64,000 nt of DNA from Marsupella aquatica (GCA_973895155.1 OZ316895.1:14132225-14196224), one strand, 5' to 3'; shown: positions 36,869 through 51,355, counted from the first letter of the stretch. Notes: generated by a model from the sequence alone, not told the origin. Numbers and translations are program-made.

Positions 36869-39800
36869 CTAATCTCGTGGCAGTACTTCAGAATTTGTAT
36901 AGTTCGTGCTGTTCATTTCGAGCTCACCAGTCAAAACTCTGCTGTGAGATGAGTATGAATCTGTCTCAGAAAAGGTCACAGTACTGGAAGAGGTTCTGAG
37001 AGACGGATTGACCAGTTTTGTCTCCACATGAAATAATTCGTTGAGGACTCCTAAGACTATTTTGATTGTCGGCCTCTCACGAGCGTCGGTCTGCGTGCAG
37101 CGGTAAGCCAGTTCGGCTACTGCTCTCAGTTGCTCTTCATTACAAGATTCCTTGTTCAGTCGCGGATCAAGTATGGTCCAAATGTCCTCATTTTCCAAGT
37201 AGGGCTTTGCCTGCAAAACAGTATTTTATTAGGACTAGGACCACAGAAGTTTACATACTATGCCAAATCATGAATAGAGCGGGAGCAATTTGTGCACCAA
37301 TTTCTGTCCGAACGCCAAGTTTGTTTCAGACTCTCTTACATTGAAACCAAGTCTAAGGCTTCCAAAGAACTAAGCCATCATTCAAATGAAGTACGAAATT
37401 CCTCGTCGGTTCGTCCAGTAACATGAATGTTGTGAGCTATGAGTCAGTGGAAGGACACTAAACGGAAGAGATAGGAACTTACCCATTCCGTCAGGGTGTA
37501 TCTCTCTTCCAGCAGGGGTGGCTTTCCAGTTATTAACTCCAGTAGTACCACACCGTAGCTGTAGACGTCTGTTTTGGCAGAGAGGACGGACGTGTGCACA
37601 TATTCGGGATCGAAGTAGCCAGGCGTGCCTGCGATTCTGGTCGGAAAAGCCTTTGGTGGTTCGTTCCCGAATGTGCCCGACATCACATCCTCATCAACTA
37701 TTGTCTGCCTTCCCAATCCAAAATCCGCAAGCTACATACATGTATCCGACATTTCCAGTGATCAATTCGGAACTCTTAGGCTTTTTGCTCGCACAGTTCT
37801 TAAAGACGGAGGCTGAAGTTGACCAAACAGACACTCTTTCTTTAAATTCGTCTGTTGCCCACTGAAGGGTTTGATGTCGCTGATAGTTAATCAAGACATC
37901 TTTAGTAGCAAAGCGACCTGAGAATGTCCAGCAGGGAATACTGTCCTGCTATAGATGTTGTGGAGGAACAAATAGCTTACACTGAAGAGATACCAAATTT
38001 GATACAAAAACAATCCACGTATAGACAAGAATATGGACTGATACCTTAGCGATAAAGCCTTTCCCACCAGATGATAAGAGAATATTTGCAGACTTGATGT
38101 CCCTGTGTATCATCGGAGGGTCTGTGCCGTAGTGCAGGTAATCAATACCATGTCCCACGGATATTAATACCCTTACTCTTTCCTGCCAGGTAAGAGGGAG
38201 ACGTGGGCAGCCACGGCAACCTGCTGTGCAACCACCGTTCTTAGTTAACAACAACTGGAAAGAAGATCGGATACAAAACAGTGCCGACATTTGCAAAATC
38301 AACGACCTTAGTTCTTTGATAATAAACTGTGGATGAACCAAAAATCTGTGGAGTGCTCTATCACACTACGAAGTTATCGCGGCAGGAGAATCTAAACGTT
38401 TGAGACTTTACACACAGCTCAGTGGAAACACGTAATGCACTGATTCTGGAGAGAATCGACGTACCATGCAAACTCTCATTTAAATTCCCCCGATCCATGA
38501 ACTCATAGAGAAGCATGTGCTCTCCTGCACAAACAATCAGAAGATGTCAAAAGCTACTAGGGACCAAACAACGTGATCTCGTTAAAGTGGAAGAAGCAAT
38601 TTCAAAGATTGAGCAGAAAGAATTCCCTAAAGAAATCCTGGTAGTGTCTAGATGGCAAATTAAGCTTTAAGGAACCTTCCGTGAGATGACGAGTTGCCTC
38701 CCAATGACTTCGACTTAGCTTGCCTTTAGAACTAGGATGATGCCAGAATTAGGAAGAGAACCAGACTGGGAGGACAATTACCTTCATCAAGATCTTCACA
38801 GTAACCGATAAGATTCACCAAGAAACGATGATTGAGGCTGGAAAGAAGCTCGACTTCCTTCTCGAAGCTTTCCAAAGATCTCTTCTTATTAAATCGCTTT
38901 ACTCCTGCAATGATACCATCTTCAAACTCCGCCCTGTATACCGTTGAAAATGCACCTTCGCCCACCTTCGTCGAGAAATTCTTTGTGGCCTCTCTAATTT
39001 GTAAAAGAGTGTATTCCCGGACCGGTCCTGGACGAAGGATGTCATTCGATCAATAATCAGAAAGGTCAAACTTACCTAAACATAAAGACAGTGCTATCTG
39101 CTGATTGAACGAAATACTTCCGCACCCTGTCTAGAGAAAACTAAAATCAGTAGCTTCAACTTGCAAGTTTGAAGGCGGAAACCCAGGGCGGAAATTCATT
39201 GGTCACAGTAAGGATCGTACTGGAGGATGATCATATCGTTCGCTAACTGCATCACAATATCTTAAAGACTTAATGTCACACAAAACTTGGCATACCTTTA
39301 TAACTGGTGCTTCGGCTCTCCGGTTTCGGTAGGGGTTTTCGCCGGAAGAAGAGGAAACCTAGTAGACCTAATAGTGCCACTAGGCTTCCCAATCCCACTC
39401 CAAGCACAACATAAACGATTTTCACCGTGCTCAAACCGTCGTGTCCTCCAGTTGCTGCCCGTGATAAAGAAGGAGGAGGTGCGCCGCCTACATGTGACGA
39501 GAACCAAAATGGACCTTAGAACCAAATGATGAATTAGAACCGGAATCGAATGCTTTTCCAGTTTCTTGGTATGATTACTTTTTAAAGCAGTCCTAGAAGA
39601 AAAGACAAGATCGTCGACAGTCTTTCCTGGCTGTGTAATTGACCAACAAGGGGACAACAACTTCTCGGACGCGAAGTCACTAGACGAGAGATTCAGGAAG
39701 ATTTGATTGAGCCAATGGATTTTGATCTAAAGCCATTATTTTACTCTTACCGCATTTGCAGACTTGACTAGGATTGAAGCAATTGGAATCGCCAGTTTGT

Positions 39801-42800
39801 CCAAAATTAGCGTCTCTGAAAATGATCACAAAAGCTGACAGATTAAAGTTATGCACACTATAGTCCTACCAATAAATCGGACTGGTTGACTATTTCCTGA
39901 TCATCTTGTCACAACCTTAACCTAGTTTGTGGGAACTAACATTGCGAATCATCAAGAAGACTGTCCAGATTTAACCCAATCAAAAAGTAACAATGAATCC
40001 CTGAGGGAAGCAAGTGTGCCTACGTGAGGGAGCTGTTCTTGTTGTAGTTAGGAATTGGTCCGCTGAGACAATTATCTTGAAGAGATCTGTTCAACCCAGT
40101 CCAACAGTTTACATCAACAACTTGTAGTCACAGATGTAGAGGTGCTCAGACGAATTAGTATGCAAATGATCTCCCGGGTAGTACTTCTTCGCCGATGTAA
40201 GTTTGCTTGTCGCATAAACAGATCACAGATCACATGACTTCAGCAGAATCATGTTAATCAATACATGCATCATTTCTCAGGCTACGTCAGTACTCACAGG
40301 AACTGAAGGTCGGGAAGAGTTACAAGGTTTTGCGGTATCTCGCCGCCCAGAAAATTGTTACTAAGATCCCTGCATAACACAATCACTGCTTTGAGTGTCG
40401 TTGTTTCTGAGAGATTTCCGATACCAAATATTAATCTGTCTTGCAAACACGAGAAAATGGGTAAACACTACAGACAGTACGTCCATGAAAGACGACTTTC
40501 ATTGTATAGCTGTATTTGCTTAATTTTCCGTCGGAATATGCAGGCAGCAATTACTTACAGTCTGGTGAGATTCGGCAATTGACCGAGTTGAATTGGAATC
40601 GATCCGTTTAGATGATTTGTATTAAGGTACCTGTTGAAACTAGACATGTTCAGCAAGGAGAAACTGTGGTTTCCAAGGCAAATTACGTTTTCTTTCCTGC
40701 ATAAATGTCACCTGGCTACAAAGTATTTGCGTTGCGAATAGACTTTACAATTCTGTATGTCCTTGATTCTAACATGAAAGCTGGTATCACTTACGCAAGA
40801 AGGTAAACGAAAAGAAATTTTACTCACAAAACTCTCATGGAGTGTGCATTTCCGAGCTCCTCTGGAATAGGACCGGACAGGGCATTGGAGGTCAGGGATC
40901 TACACAACTCACCCAAATGCAAGGCTATTTAATTGTCAGTGACGGGGTCTCTTCCATAGAGCGCACTGGTATGGTCAACGTGGACTCACTCTCATTCAGA
41001 AAAAGATTGAACATAGGTCCGCGTTGGGAGCCTAACACGTTAAATGAGTAGCAACTGTGCACTTTTGAAGCAAATACTTTAGTGTCACGCAGAACTATCT
41101 ATTTCATAATCGTTAAGAAAAGCATTGCGGCTAGAACAGAACCGATGAGCAGTAATTATTCGTCTTCTATTCCGAAAAATGAAGTTGGAATTACTGGCGC
41201 AAACAGGGCAACGACTATAAAGTGAACTCACAAAATTGTCATAGTTTGTAAATTCCCGAATTCGCGCGGAATAGAACCTCCAATGAAATTGGAGCTCAAG
41301 TCTCTGCAAATCCCACATCCAGTTTAATCAAATGCCATCCAAAAGGCTGTCCATGGAGTGTCCTCTAGAGTGCACAACATAGCCTGCCTGGACTCAGAAG
41401 CTCAGAATACCATAATCTTACACTTCAATCAGCCTGTGCTTCAAGCCCCCAACCCCAAGTTTCCCTTGGCATTGAAGTGCCTATCAGAAGGTGAGTCAAG
41501 ACCAAATAAGACACAAGTATAGACGATTGGTAAAACACAGAGCTGATCCCCAGAACGGAAGCAACAGAGTGACTCACATCGATTGTAGATTGGATAAATT
41601 TCCTAACGATGGCGGTATTGCACCACTTAAGGAGCATGAACTCAAGTCCCTGCAAATCAAGGTCCAGTAATTCAAGGCCATTTCTTGTGTCAAACGTGAA
41701 GTCATTGAGTTGACTAAATTTCAAAAACCTTTCTGTGTCATGACGCCCTAAATGACAGAAAAGAAACAATCCTATACACGGTCTAGCCCTTTGGAGGCCA
41801 TCGATCTAATCCATCCAGATCCTCCGTCTTTGAATAGTTTCTGTAATTTGATATCATTCTGATCTATTCAATATCTAACCAAAGACTTTACACATTCATT
41901 CTCGACAGCTAATCTACATTTCTGTGAAAGCGTTAAAACTATTATTGGGTCTATGGTATGTGAGCTCACAGAGTAAGAAGACTAGACAAATCGCCCAATG
42001 ATTCGGGAATGGTCCCTCCGAACGCGTTCTGATTTAGGTTCCTGACAGAAAATGCTTATTTTCAGAATAAGGTCATGACAACAACGGAATGTTCTGTCTG
42101 GATCGAACATAAACAGATGTAGTCAAAGGGCAAACTACATCAACTGGAAAGAGATAATATATGGCATCGATAATTGGATGATCATGATGATGGAGACAAA
42201 TTTGTACGACCATTGGTACTTTTAATCTGGACAGATAATTCATACGTACAAAAGTTGCAAGGATGTCAATTTGCCTAGCTCTGATGGCAGCGGCCCAACT
42301 GAAACAGTTGTATCCCAAGTAGAAATCATTTGGCTGAACAAAGAGACAAAAAAGACGGTGATGTTTCAGCGACTAAGATGTTTCAAAGTAGACAATAGAC
42401 CATTCAACAACCTTGAGACATGAAACTCTAGTACAGCAGTTGTACTAGTTGCACTAGTGCAACAAGTGACAGTAATGAATATGCAGATCGTAGTTATAGA
42501 CGCTTTTCAATCTTGCTAGAAACTTACAGTTGTTGTAGATATGTGAGGTTCGTCACTGACGTGGGAAAGCTTCCAGTAAAATAGTTATTCGACAGATATC
42601 TGTTCGTCGTTGAAACACTCACAAATCAGTAGGACTTAACAACATAGCAAAGTCCAATTCAGCAAGTGAGAGATACCACCCCCCCCCCCCCCCCCCCACA
42701 TTGATCTTAGAGATGGGAAGGACTTTGTTCAATGTGATCCGACTCCCTAGCTTATTTAGCCACCAGGCTGGATCGATATTGATTGGTTCAGTGGCCTTTC

Positions 42801-45287
42801 CTTGATTCAATCGACGATGCATATATGTAGACTTCGTTCTAGGTTAATACTTTCTATTCCGCTCTGCTCGTCGATAGGTTCACTGTACTGCGTTGTGGCT
42901 ATAGCCTGCCTACCGGGTTGAAGCTCTCGCTCCGGAACAAAGCTGGCATAATCCTAATCAACCAATGAAAACACGCCTATCGAGCCAGTGAGCATGATTT
43001 TGTGTGTGTACTACATGAGATTGGGAGCGTACAGATTGATATCTTACAGATTTATGAGCAACGGAAAACTGCCAATCCAAGCTGGAATGGGTCCAGAAAA
43101 ATGATTGAAACTCAGAGATCTGAAAAAAAGAACAGGGAAAATAATGTACGAGTGAGACATCTGACGAACTGTTAAAAGTTTCCATCGAGTCAGGAATAAC
43201 TTTCAACTTTTAACTTCGATACCGGCTACACCAATTCGGATCAAATTTTCAATTCCGAATCAAATCCGAATTGGTGTAGCCGGTAATGTTCCACGGAACA
43301 CACAGCAGTTTTATTTCGGAAAAAGGTTTGGAGCAGCCAGCGAACCAACGGTAAACAGAAAATCTGTTCCTTACGATTAGTACGCAAGTCAAAAGTATCA
43401 TAACCTACTTTTCCTAGATTACCAGCATTCATTGTAACCATCACATGTCCTTTTAGCAATTTCATTTGATATGCTTAGAATTAAAGCACTCACAAATCAG
43501 TAAGACTTTGAAGGTTTGATAGCTCCTGTGGCAGCCCTGACAAATTGTTGTCGTACAGTTTTCTGTAACCCAGCCCGTGCAGACAACACATCAAATTCTG
43601 TCACCGTTGATGGAAGGACAAATGCATCCTTAATTCAGGGATCTAAAACAGGTCAAGAGTCTCAAGACATAGTGCATAAACTGAACGCATTGCAATAAAT
43701 GTCACCGCTCATTGAATAGGTATGGGCGGAGCAATTGATTCAAATCAGTTTCTGCGGGAGGATCGAAGCTTACAACGTCACCAATTTGGTGAGGTTTCCA
43801 ATCTGCGGAGGAATGGACCCATTGAGTGCATTTCCGTCGAGCATTCTGGCATTCAGGGAACAAGTTAGTGCAGGTAGTAGCTGGGACTATCGCATCGCAT
43901 CCAATTCGACGCTGCCTACTACAACAAAAGACGAAGAACACTGCACATGTGCCCGTGCATGCCAGAAACGAGCCCGCAATCATGCAAAAGGTCCCGACAC
44001 ACCAGTTCAATTAGTTAAATAGATACTTCAACTCTTTAGTTCCGGTCCTCACTGACTGGCTGCGGAAGAAGGTATTTTCACATTTCTATGAACAGGTGCA
44101 TTGTATAACTACTCCAAGCATCGTCCAGAACATTTCCAACAATCCATGTATTCAACTCTGAATGTGGTGGGGACTCACAAAGTTGATAAGTTACTCAAAA
44201 GGCCAATACTGGAAGGGATCTTGCCAACCAAGCCCCAGTCTTCCACAGCAAGTTGCTGGAGATTGACTAGTTCCCCGATGCTCTCCTGACAGACAATGGC
44301 AAAGCGAACGATATTGTAAGAATTTCTTGAACAGAGAAAACACTTGACAATCAGGCATATCCAGGGTAGGTGTTCATTTTGAAGCTAACACATTGTAGCA
44401 AAACAGAGAATTGATGAAGCTTAGAATCCACGATACTTTAAAATCATCTGGAACAATGTGCAGAATACGTTGATATCAGCCACATACCGGAAGCGGGGAC
44501 GAGACGTTAGCACCGCTTAATCTGAAATGTCACGTTGACGTGTTAGAAGCTTGACTGTGTGAGAAAGTCCACAACGAGCTACATGTACAAAAGGAAATTT
44601 CATTCCGCGCTAGGTCTTTCAGAAACGCCATCCACAATCAACTCTGACATGCACAATCGAGCCCTACGAATCCAATTTTCAACGTTTGACGTAGTGTTCG
44701 GCAGGATTGACATACGCTACAGATATTATTGTCGTGTTTTGTGCATCGCATGTCACATATTGCCACTGGGAGCAGGTATTAAACTGGGGCGACCAAGTTT
44801 CCAGCAAGCTCGGATTTCCCCATCCCTGCTTGATGCTCAGTAGAACCGCGGCTGCAAGATCAAAATTCTCGAATTAAACCATAGCGTCACTGAGCCATCA
44901 GTGTCCACAACACATGAGAACCAGCTTCGTGCCATAATTTCGTCGTCCGTAGCTCGGGCTTAATTCCCGTCGCTGCTGTGTACGTGAGGGTCAAATCAAG
45001 TGAAGCGGAGCATTTGATGCCAGAAGCAATCGGAATTGTTTTTTCAAATAATGAGAAGCGTACTGGGGGTACGTGCAGGCCTGCTCAATGAAATAGAGTA
45101 ACGAGAATCTTAACTGAGAGATTGGTCATGAAGACTTACTTTCGTTGCTAAGGTCAGCCGAAGCTTGTGGTAAACTCGTTGTAGCAAGTATCACGCAGCT
45201 GAAGCAAAGGATGACTGTCTGCCATGTCCTGCTTCTCCACTTTTGAAAGCCTTCAATGTTTACGGAGTTTGCCTGCGATCTTGCCAT
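36869..45287 (-). CDS. leucine-rich repeat receptor-like kinase (signal peptide, about 10 LRRs in ~72-nt exons, TM helix, RD kinase)
   Basis: Exon 1 (45287-45140) reads [25 protein letters not shown]. The LRRNT cap near 44850-44720 reads [35 protein letters not shown] exons include ~43842-43771 ([21 protein letters not shown]) and ~42599-42528 ([21 protein letters not shown]). The TM exon near 39487-39295 reads [28 protein letters not shown]. Kinase motifs: [48 protein letters not shown] and RPTI. The stop is at 36869. Confidence 0.9.
43220..43285. repeat. perfect 22-bp inverted repeat (hairpin) in an RLK intron
   Basis: taccggctacaccaattcggat (43220-43241) pairs with atccgaattggtgtagccggta (43264-43285) across a 22-nt loop. 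Confidence 0.95.
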
Positions 45288-46569
45288 TTGGAGTTCAAGC
45301 AGCCTCCGAGACTCGCCAGCGTCTGTCAATGATTCCGATGAAGTACGAAATCTCCTCAAGTTCTACCAATGCAACCCGATGAAAGGCAATATCCTCAGCA
45401 ACATAAACTTCTGTACAATCGCCACAGCTACAAGCTTCAAAAGCTACGCCAGCAGCATTTCCAACCAGAACAGATCGAGCCCGATACTCTGAAATCTACT
45501 TGTACGAGGGATCAAATTTGGTGGAATCTTAGCGTCTACCGTGTCTTCAAACTACTCGTCTAGCTTGGTAGTCGGACTCGAGCTCCTTCCATCGATCTAT
45601 TGCACATTAAAAAAGATTCAAGTCCTATACCACGATCCGCAAAGATCATGTAGGGCGAACTAAAACTTTTGGGCAGATAGTGAAATTAGTTCCATGGTGT
45701 GGAGATCTTTGTTTCTACTTTTGTCGCGGAAAAAATTGATCCTTATGCAATGATATCGCTCTTTCAGTGGACTTTCAGATATGGGGACAGGAGCTTCTCA
45801 AAGATACACAAAGACACTTCAAAAGGATTGTAGGAAGTAGGATTGCAGGACTCTTCCACGAAATCCCCTCCGACAGACTTGGCCGGGCCGGGTCCTGCAG
45901 CGGTCAATGGTGCAGACTTGGTGGGCACAGACTACAGGTAGGTAGCATCAAGGGGACTTCTTTGCAATATCTCCTTCACCCAGTCTATCCGTCTTACGCG
46001 CACATTTAGACACGTAAAATTTTGAGTCCACAAAATTCCGAACAGATAACTTTTTGAGGAACATTCCTAGAAATGCCGTCACTGTAAGCTAGGAATTAAT
46101 CAATTTCTCCTTTTCACGTGCCATGCTTTCCACTTCTGCCTGTTTCCTCGAAACCACCACTCTAGCATGGAGCCTTGTCATCGACAACCGAAACGGTTTG
46201 ATCCTTACAGAAAGTTGTTACAGACAAGAATTTAATCTGAATTCCTGCTCCAAATCTTGTCAAATGGACGCCCTGGTCATATCCCCGTGTGCTGTCTCGT
46301 GGTGCTGTTCGGTCCTTCCTGGTCAGAGTCCTTACTTGATGTCCAGTGCTGGGGCCCAAGTCACAGATTTACTACTACCAAACAATTTCCTCGTACTTGG
46401 AATCTCCTTCTCTGAGACTCTGATCGATGGCCCACGGCTGCAACTTGGCACGGAAAACGAAATGATCAGGTTATGGACTTTCTTGTGGGCCTCACGAGTA
46501 AGTTGCTGATCAGTTCAACTGTCTTGCGGCACACTCGGTCCCTAGATCCCAGCAGAAAAGGTGAACAAG

Positions 46570-46775
46570 TCGAACTGTACATGTAAACGAGAGTGAGACA
46601 CTGATTAGACACACTGATTAGACTGGTTGTCTCGCACTCACCATCCATGTCCTGTAGTACTCGTTCATTATTACATCCCAGCTGAGGAGTTGAAGGAGTA
46701 GTAGAACTGTACATGTAAAGAAAAGTGACACACTGATTAGACTGCCTCTCACTTACCATCCATGTCCTGTAGTGC
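46570..46775. repeat. about 130-bp imperfect tandem duplication upstream of the RLK
   Basis: gaactgtacatgtaaa..acactgattagac and accatccatgtcctgtagt are each present twice. Confidence 0.75.
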
Positions 46776-46799
46776 TGGACCAAAAGCACCCAAAGCACG

Positions 46800-47378
46800 T
46801 CCCCATGAGACTATGGTCTTTCCCCTCTCTTTCCACTCAACACACTGCCATGGCTTTGTGTTCGAAAATGATATTTTTGGGCTCTTTTCTGCTTGACACA
46901 CAGCCATGGCTTTGTGTTCAAAAGTATGGTATTTTTGGGGTCCAAAGCACATAAACACAACAAGAACAAAGACATTTGAACTCAAACACAAAGTTTATTT
47001 AACACAACCAACATATTGTTTTATAAAATTAAAGTCATTCCAAGGAAAGTTTATTTAACACAAACTAGCAGGGGTTGTGGTAGAGGTTTCACAAAGTTTA
47101 TTTAACACAAACAAGCAGGGGTTGCGGTCGAGGTTTGATCCTATTACCTGTTCTATACAAATTTATGAATGATATGACAACTCCAATATTTGAACACAAA
47201 CTTAGTCAATATTCAACACATAGCTCATTATTGATTGCAGCATTGTGCAAGTACCAAAAAACATGAAAATATATAGTCAAAACTCAAATACAATGCCCCA
47301 AAAACACTATTTGAATAGAGCGCCCCATGGCCCACTATCCAAATAGAGCATCATGGCGCTATGTTTGGGGGAAGGCGA
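46800..47378. mobile_element. dispersed MITE-like repeat, copy 2 (same family as 17490-17953)
   Basis: Carries the same ordered blocks as copy 1, in the same orientation, with internal duplications (aaagtttatttaacaca three times). Confidence 0.55.
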
Positions 47379-47879
47379 CTAGTAGTGAGTATTTGTTGGG
47401 TCCAATTTCTGGCAAATCATGGATGAGGGTTCTTAAAACTCATTCATCATTGGGTCCCATTTAATCTCCAAATCATGGACATTCAAGGGTTTTCTGTAAC
47501 TCAGGGTGGCTTTAGAAGGCTTTACAAGACAATGGGGGCATTTGCAAGATTTTTTCACCAGAGTAGACTAGAGGGCCATTAGCCATAACACAGACTAAAA
47601 GATAGTGTACCAGGGAATCCTTTTGATGACTCCAAGTAATTCTTTGGCTGGAGTCTTTCTAACTATATAAATTACTGCAAAGGAGACATGATTTCAAAGG
47701 CAAGTCTTTCTAGCTATGACAACATAAGATTTTATAAAGGACTTGTGGGTCCAGTTTTAATGCAAATGACTCAAAATATGAATGAAGGTGGGGAGGTGAT
47801 CTAAAGTCTAGGGCCAAAATGTGCTTCACATTAAGCAAAAAACTGGGCCCCACTCCATTCCCTGCAGGGTGGGCACTGG

Positions 47880-50800
47880 GTCACTACATGGAGGGCCATA
47901 CATCGCGTGCAACGATTTAGGATTTGACCCCCCTAACTTATAAATGAAAAATATTTTTTTGCAAAACCCTTTCTTCCTTTAAATTTTGTCATTTTTACTA
48001 AAAAACCCCTAAAAACTTTAAAGAAAGTATTTTTTACAATTAAATAGGCATATGTGTTCTTTAAAGTTAACTAGTCAATAAAACATACCCTATGTGTTCT
48101 TCCACCAAACTTTGGAAGTCTTTCGTCACACCTATTTAAATGGGCTTATACTTCGTCGCACGTGATGTGCCACTTCCATGGAAGTGAACCCCCCAGGGTG
48201 GGCACTTTTATGGAAAGAACCGGCCCCGAGATTTTGTAAAGTGAATTGCATCAATATCTCCTCAATGGATGACCCTGATCACATTGGAGACCAAAAAATG
48301 TGGAAACAGCCACCAATGTCTTGTAAAGCCACCCTCAATTATGTGAGTCATTGGGTATTTCTATTCAAGGTTGCCCTAGCATCTAGAGCTCCCCTATCAT
48401 GAATACGTGAGGGTGTAGGTCTCTACATTCCTCAATGCTAGTAGGAGAGCATGGATTCACAATGTAGGGTATGAGTGTGGAGAGCATGGATCCACAATTG
48501 ATGCAGACTTTCTTGACATTGGTGGTTGCAAGAAAGATAGCCTTTGTAGGTTACTTTTTGGTCCTTGTTCCTTCATAGGCTTTTTGTTGGGGACCCCTTG
48601 GCTTGTTTTTCTTGGGGCCCTTTCCCCTCTTTCCTCCCCTTCATTGGGTTGCTTTGCCTTTGGGATCATGTCTCCAGGTTCGGCATTTTTTGCCCTTGGG
48701 TACTGTGATATACAGATAGCCCACAGCCTGTTGCATTTCTCCATTGTGGTTTCCAAGTGCAAGCTTGTGTATGGCTAATGCATAGGCGAAAGACTTCACA
48801 CTTAGGGGGCTCCACAAGAACTCAGGGGAACAGTCATTTTCTTCAATATGTGAGATGCAATCCTAGCCATTCAAATGTGTGAACTATGTCACCTCACTTC
48901 ACATGAACTTGGTGGCACAATCAGGCAAAATATCCTAGTCAATTGCTAGTGGGCCCCCTTTTTCTGATGTGTCCATGTTTTTTTTGTCAACAACTTAGAC
49001 CTCCTCTTGACATGGTCTAATTAATCTGAGAATGGACCAAGCCACCATTTCTATTCCGGGTCTTTGCATTTTATGAGCCCGATGCTTGTGCATTGCACAC
49101 AAGAGTTTGAGGTGAGAAAAGATGTGGAGGTGAGGAAAAGATGTTACTTAAGGTGAAAATATTTGATGAAAGGTGAGGAAAGGAAGTCCAGGTGAGAAAA
49201 ATATATCAAGGAGAGAAAAGATGGTGAGGTGAGAAAAATATTAATATGTAAAGATGAGGAAAAATTGTTGAGGAGAGAAAAGATGTCAACCTTGGAAAAG
49301 ATGTTGTGGAAAGATAAATATTTAAAGATTAGAAAAATATGTCAAGGCAAAGCAAGAAAATACATGCATTGCAATGTAATTGTCAAGGCCATATAGTTGT
49401 TGTGGTAATGTTTGATAACCTGTGCATTGCACATAGAAATTGGAGACATGAGATAAGGACCGCCACGTCATAGAGTTAAAGCACAATCGAGTGACAGAGG
49501 AAAATACGGTTTCTTTTAATTTTTTAAATTTTTAGAGAAATATTATTTTATTGCAGTTTTTCAAAAAAATTCAAACTTTTTTTTTCAATTTTTTAATTTT
49601 AATTTAAACACATTAATGATTTTTCATCACATGCAGGTTCAAGTAGGCTAATGGGCAACTTGGGCAGACATTTATTTTGAATGAAGTGTATGGATCTGAT
49701 GACCTAAACAAAACAAAGGGTCGATACTTTGGTTCCTGTATTTTATCAGTTTGTAAAGGGAAGATTCACACCTTTTTGGGATGATAGGGTACTATAGTGG
49801 TAGATACTATCTCATCTCATCTACCAGTCGAGCTGGTGCCAGAATGGTAGGGTTTCTTACATTATTGCGTTGCTAACATCTGAAAATAATTGTCAGGTGA
49901 AATCGCAAAAACAATTTCCCAAGAACTATGGTATCAACACGACAATTACCATGCCTATCAGTACCCATTGGATTATTTTTTCTAGACAATCATGGCTTTT
50001 TCATAGTATTTTAGTTGCAAATGTGTTAGATACATCCCATTGTTGATATGCAATTGATCATCAATTTAGAGTTCAGTCTTATTGAGTCACTTTCTCGCTT
50101 CCAATATGCTGTTCTGTATCACTAATGTACTTTCAATATGACAAATAGTTAGGAAAGCACGAGGTGAAAGGAAATCAAACGCAACCAACTGGGTCAGTCA
50201 GGCTCACTGCTGTGAATCAATTTGCTCATGGAGTCAAATTGGCTAAGTTTGGAGCTGAGCCTCTATTTGGGCAAGAATGGCCGAACCTTTTGAGATTCTC
50301 ATCGAGTGTCACTTATCTCTTTCCAAAATCTAAATAATTGATTTGCAAAATTTTACTATTTTGAAAGCATTCATCAAACGTCTAAACCTGATGTTTATAA
50401 AAAATACTCCTGACGTTTCGTGCAAGCACTTTTCCCCGGTTAGAATCTGCAGGATTTTATGTTTGCACCATAACATGCAAAAGTATATAATACAGCGGTA
50501 TCAAATATTGTCTTGGTCATCATTGAAATTTTACAGTTTGCAAGTGTCCAAAAAATAAAAGAATCAGTTCAAAGAGAACTAATGATGACAAAGTGTGAAA
50601 TGTTTTTAGTGGGAATGAACGAGCATCTCACGATTGTCCAAGCACTCAGGAAATGGGCAAACAAACACAAAAAACAAACACAAAAAGGAACCACCTTAAC
50701 ACAATGCAAGAGGATCAAGGAGTATTCTCCCTCCGTGATCCATGCAAGGAAATATTTATACATGCTCAATACAATGATAGTACATAGTTTCATGTACTAT

Positions 50801-51355
50801 TGGTTAAAGTTTAATTACATATACTACTTTAGTCAATAGGGTACTAATCAAATCAGAACTATTCTCCCAGTTTTTGTAGTGATTTTTCACAATCATTATC
50901 CCTATCATTTTTAGTGCCAAAAAAACAAAAGCAATAAGGCTCAATGACATAGTAAAGAGCAGGGCAAGGGAGTTTATGGCAAGTTGTTGGGCCAGGGGCA
51001 CACTCGCAATGCAGGGCAACCCCTAAGGGCTCTAACCTTGCATGGGTGCGCAGGGGGAGCTCGAGGGTCTCACTATATGGGGACCTCCTCATCGCCTGCG
51101 ACGTTTTTAGGTCTCGGACCCCCTAAAATGTAAGAAAAAGAATTATTTTTTAACCCCTATAAAGTTGGAATATTCTTGGAATATTCTAAAAATTGGATTA
51201 AAAAGATTCTAATGTTCTTATAAGTCTCAAAATTGAATTTAAAAAACCCTATTGTTCTTCTACAAAAAATTTTAAGTCTTCCCTTAGAACCAATAAAATG
51301 ACCATATCCTTCGTCGCACGTGATATGCCATTTTTGTGGAAATGAAACCCCCGAG
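47880..51355. mobile_element. decayed DNA-transposon region with two about 300-bp related blocks, each starting CACTA
   Basis: 47882-48200 (cactacatgg..catcgc..taggatttgaccccc..cttcgtcgcacgtgat) resembles 51071-51355 (cactatatgg..catcgc..taggtctcggaccccc..cttcgtcgcacgtgat). No transposase ORF or matching right end was found. Confidence 0.35.
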
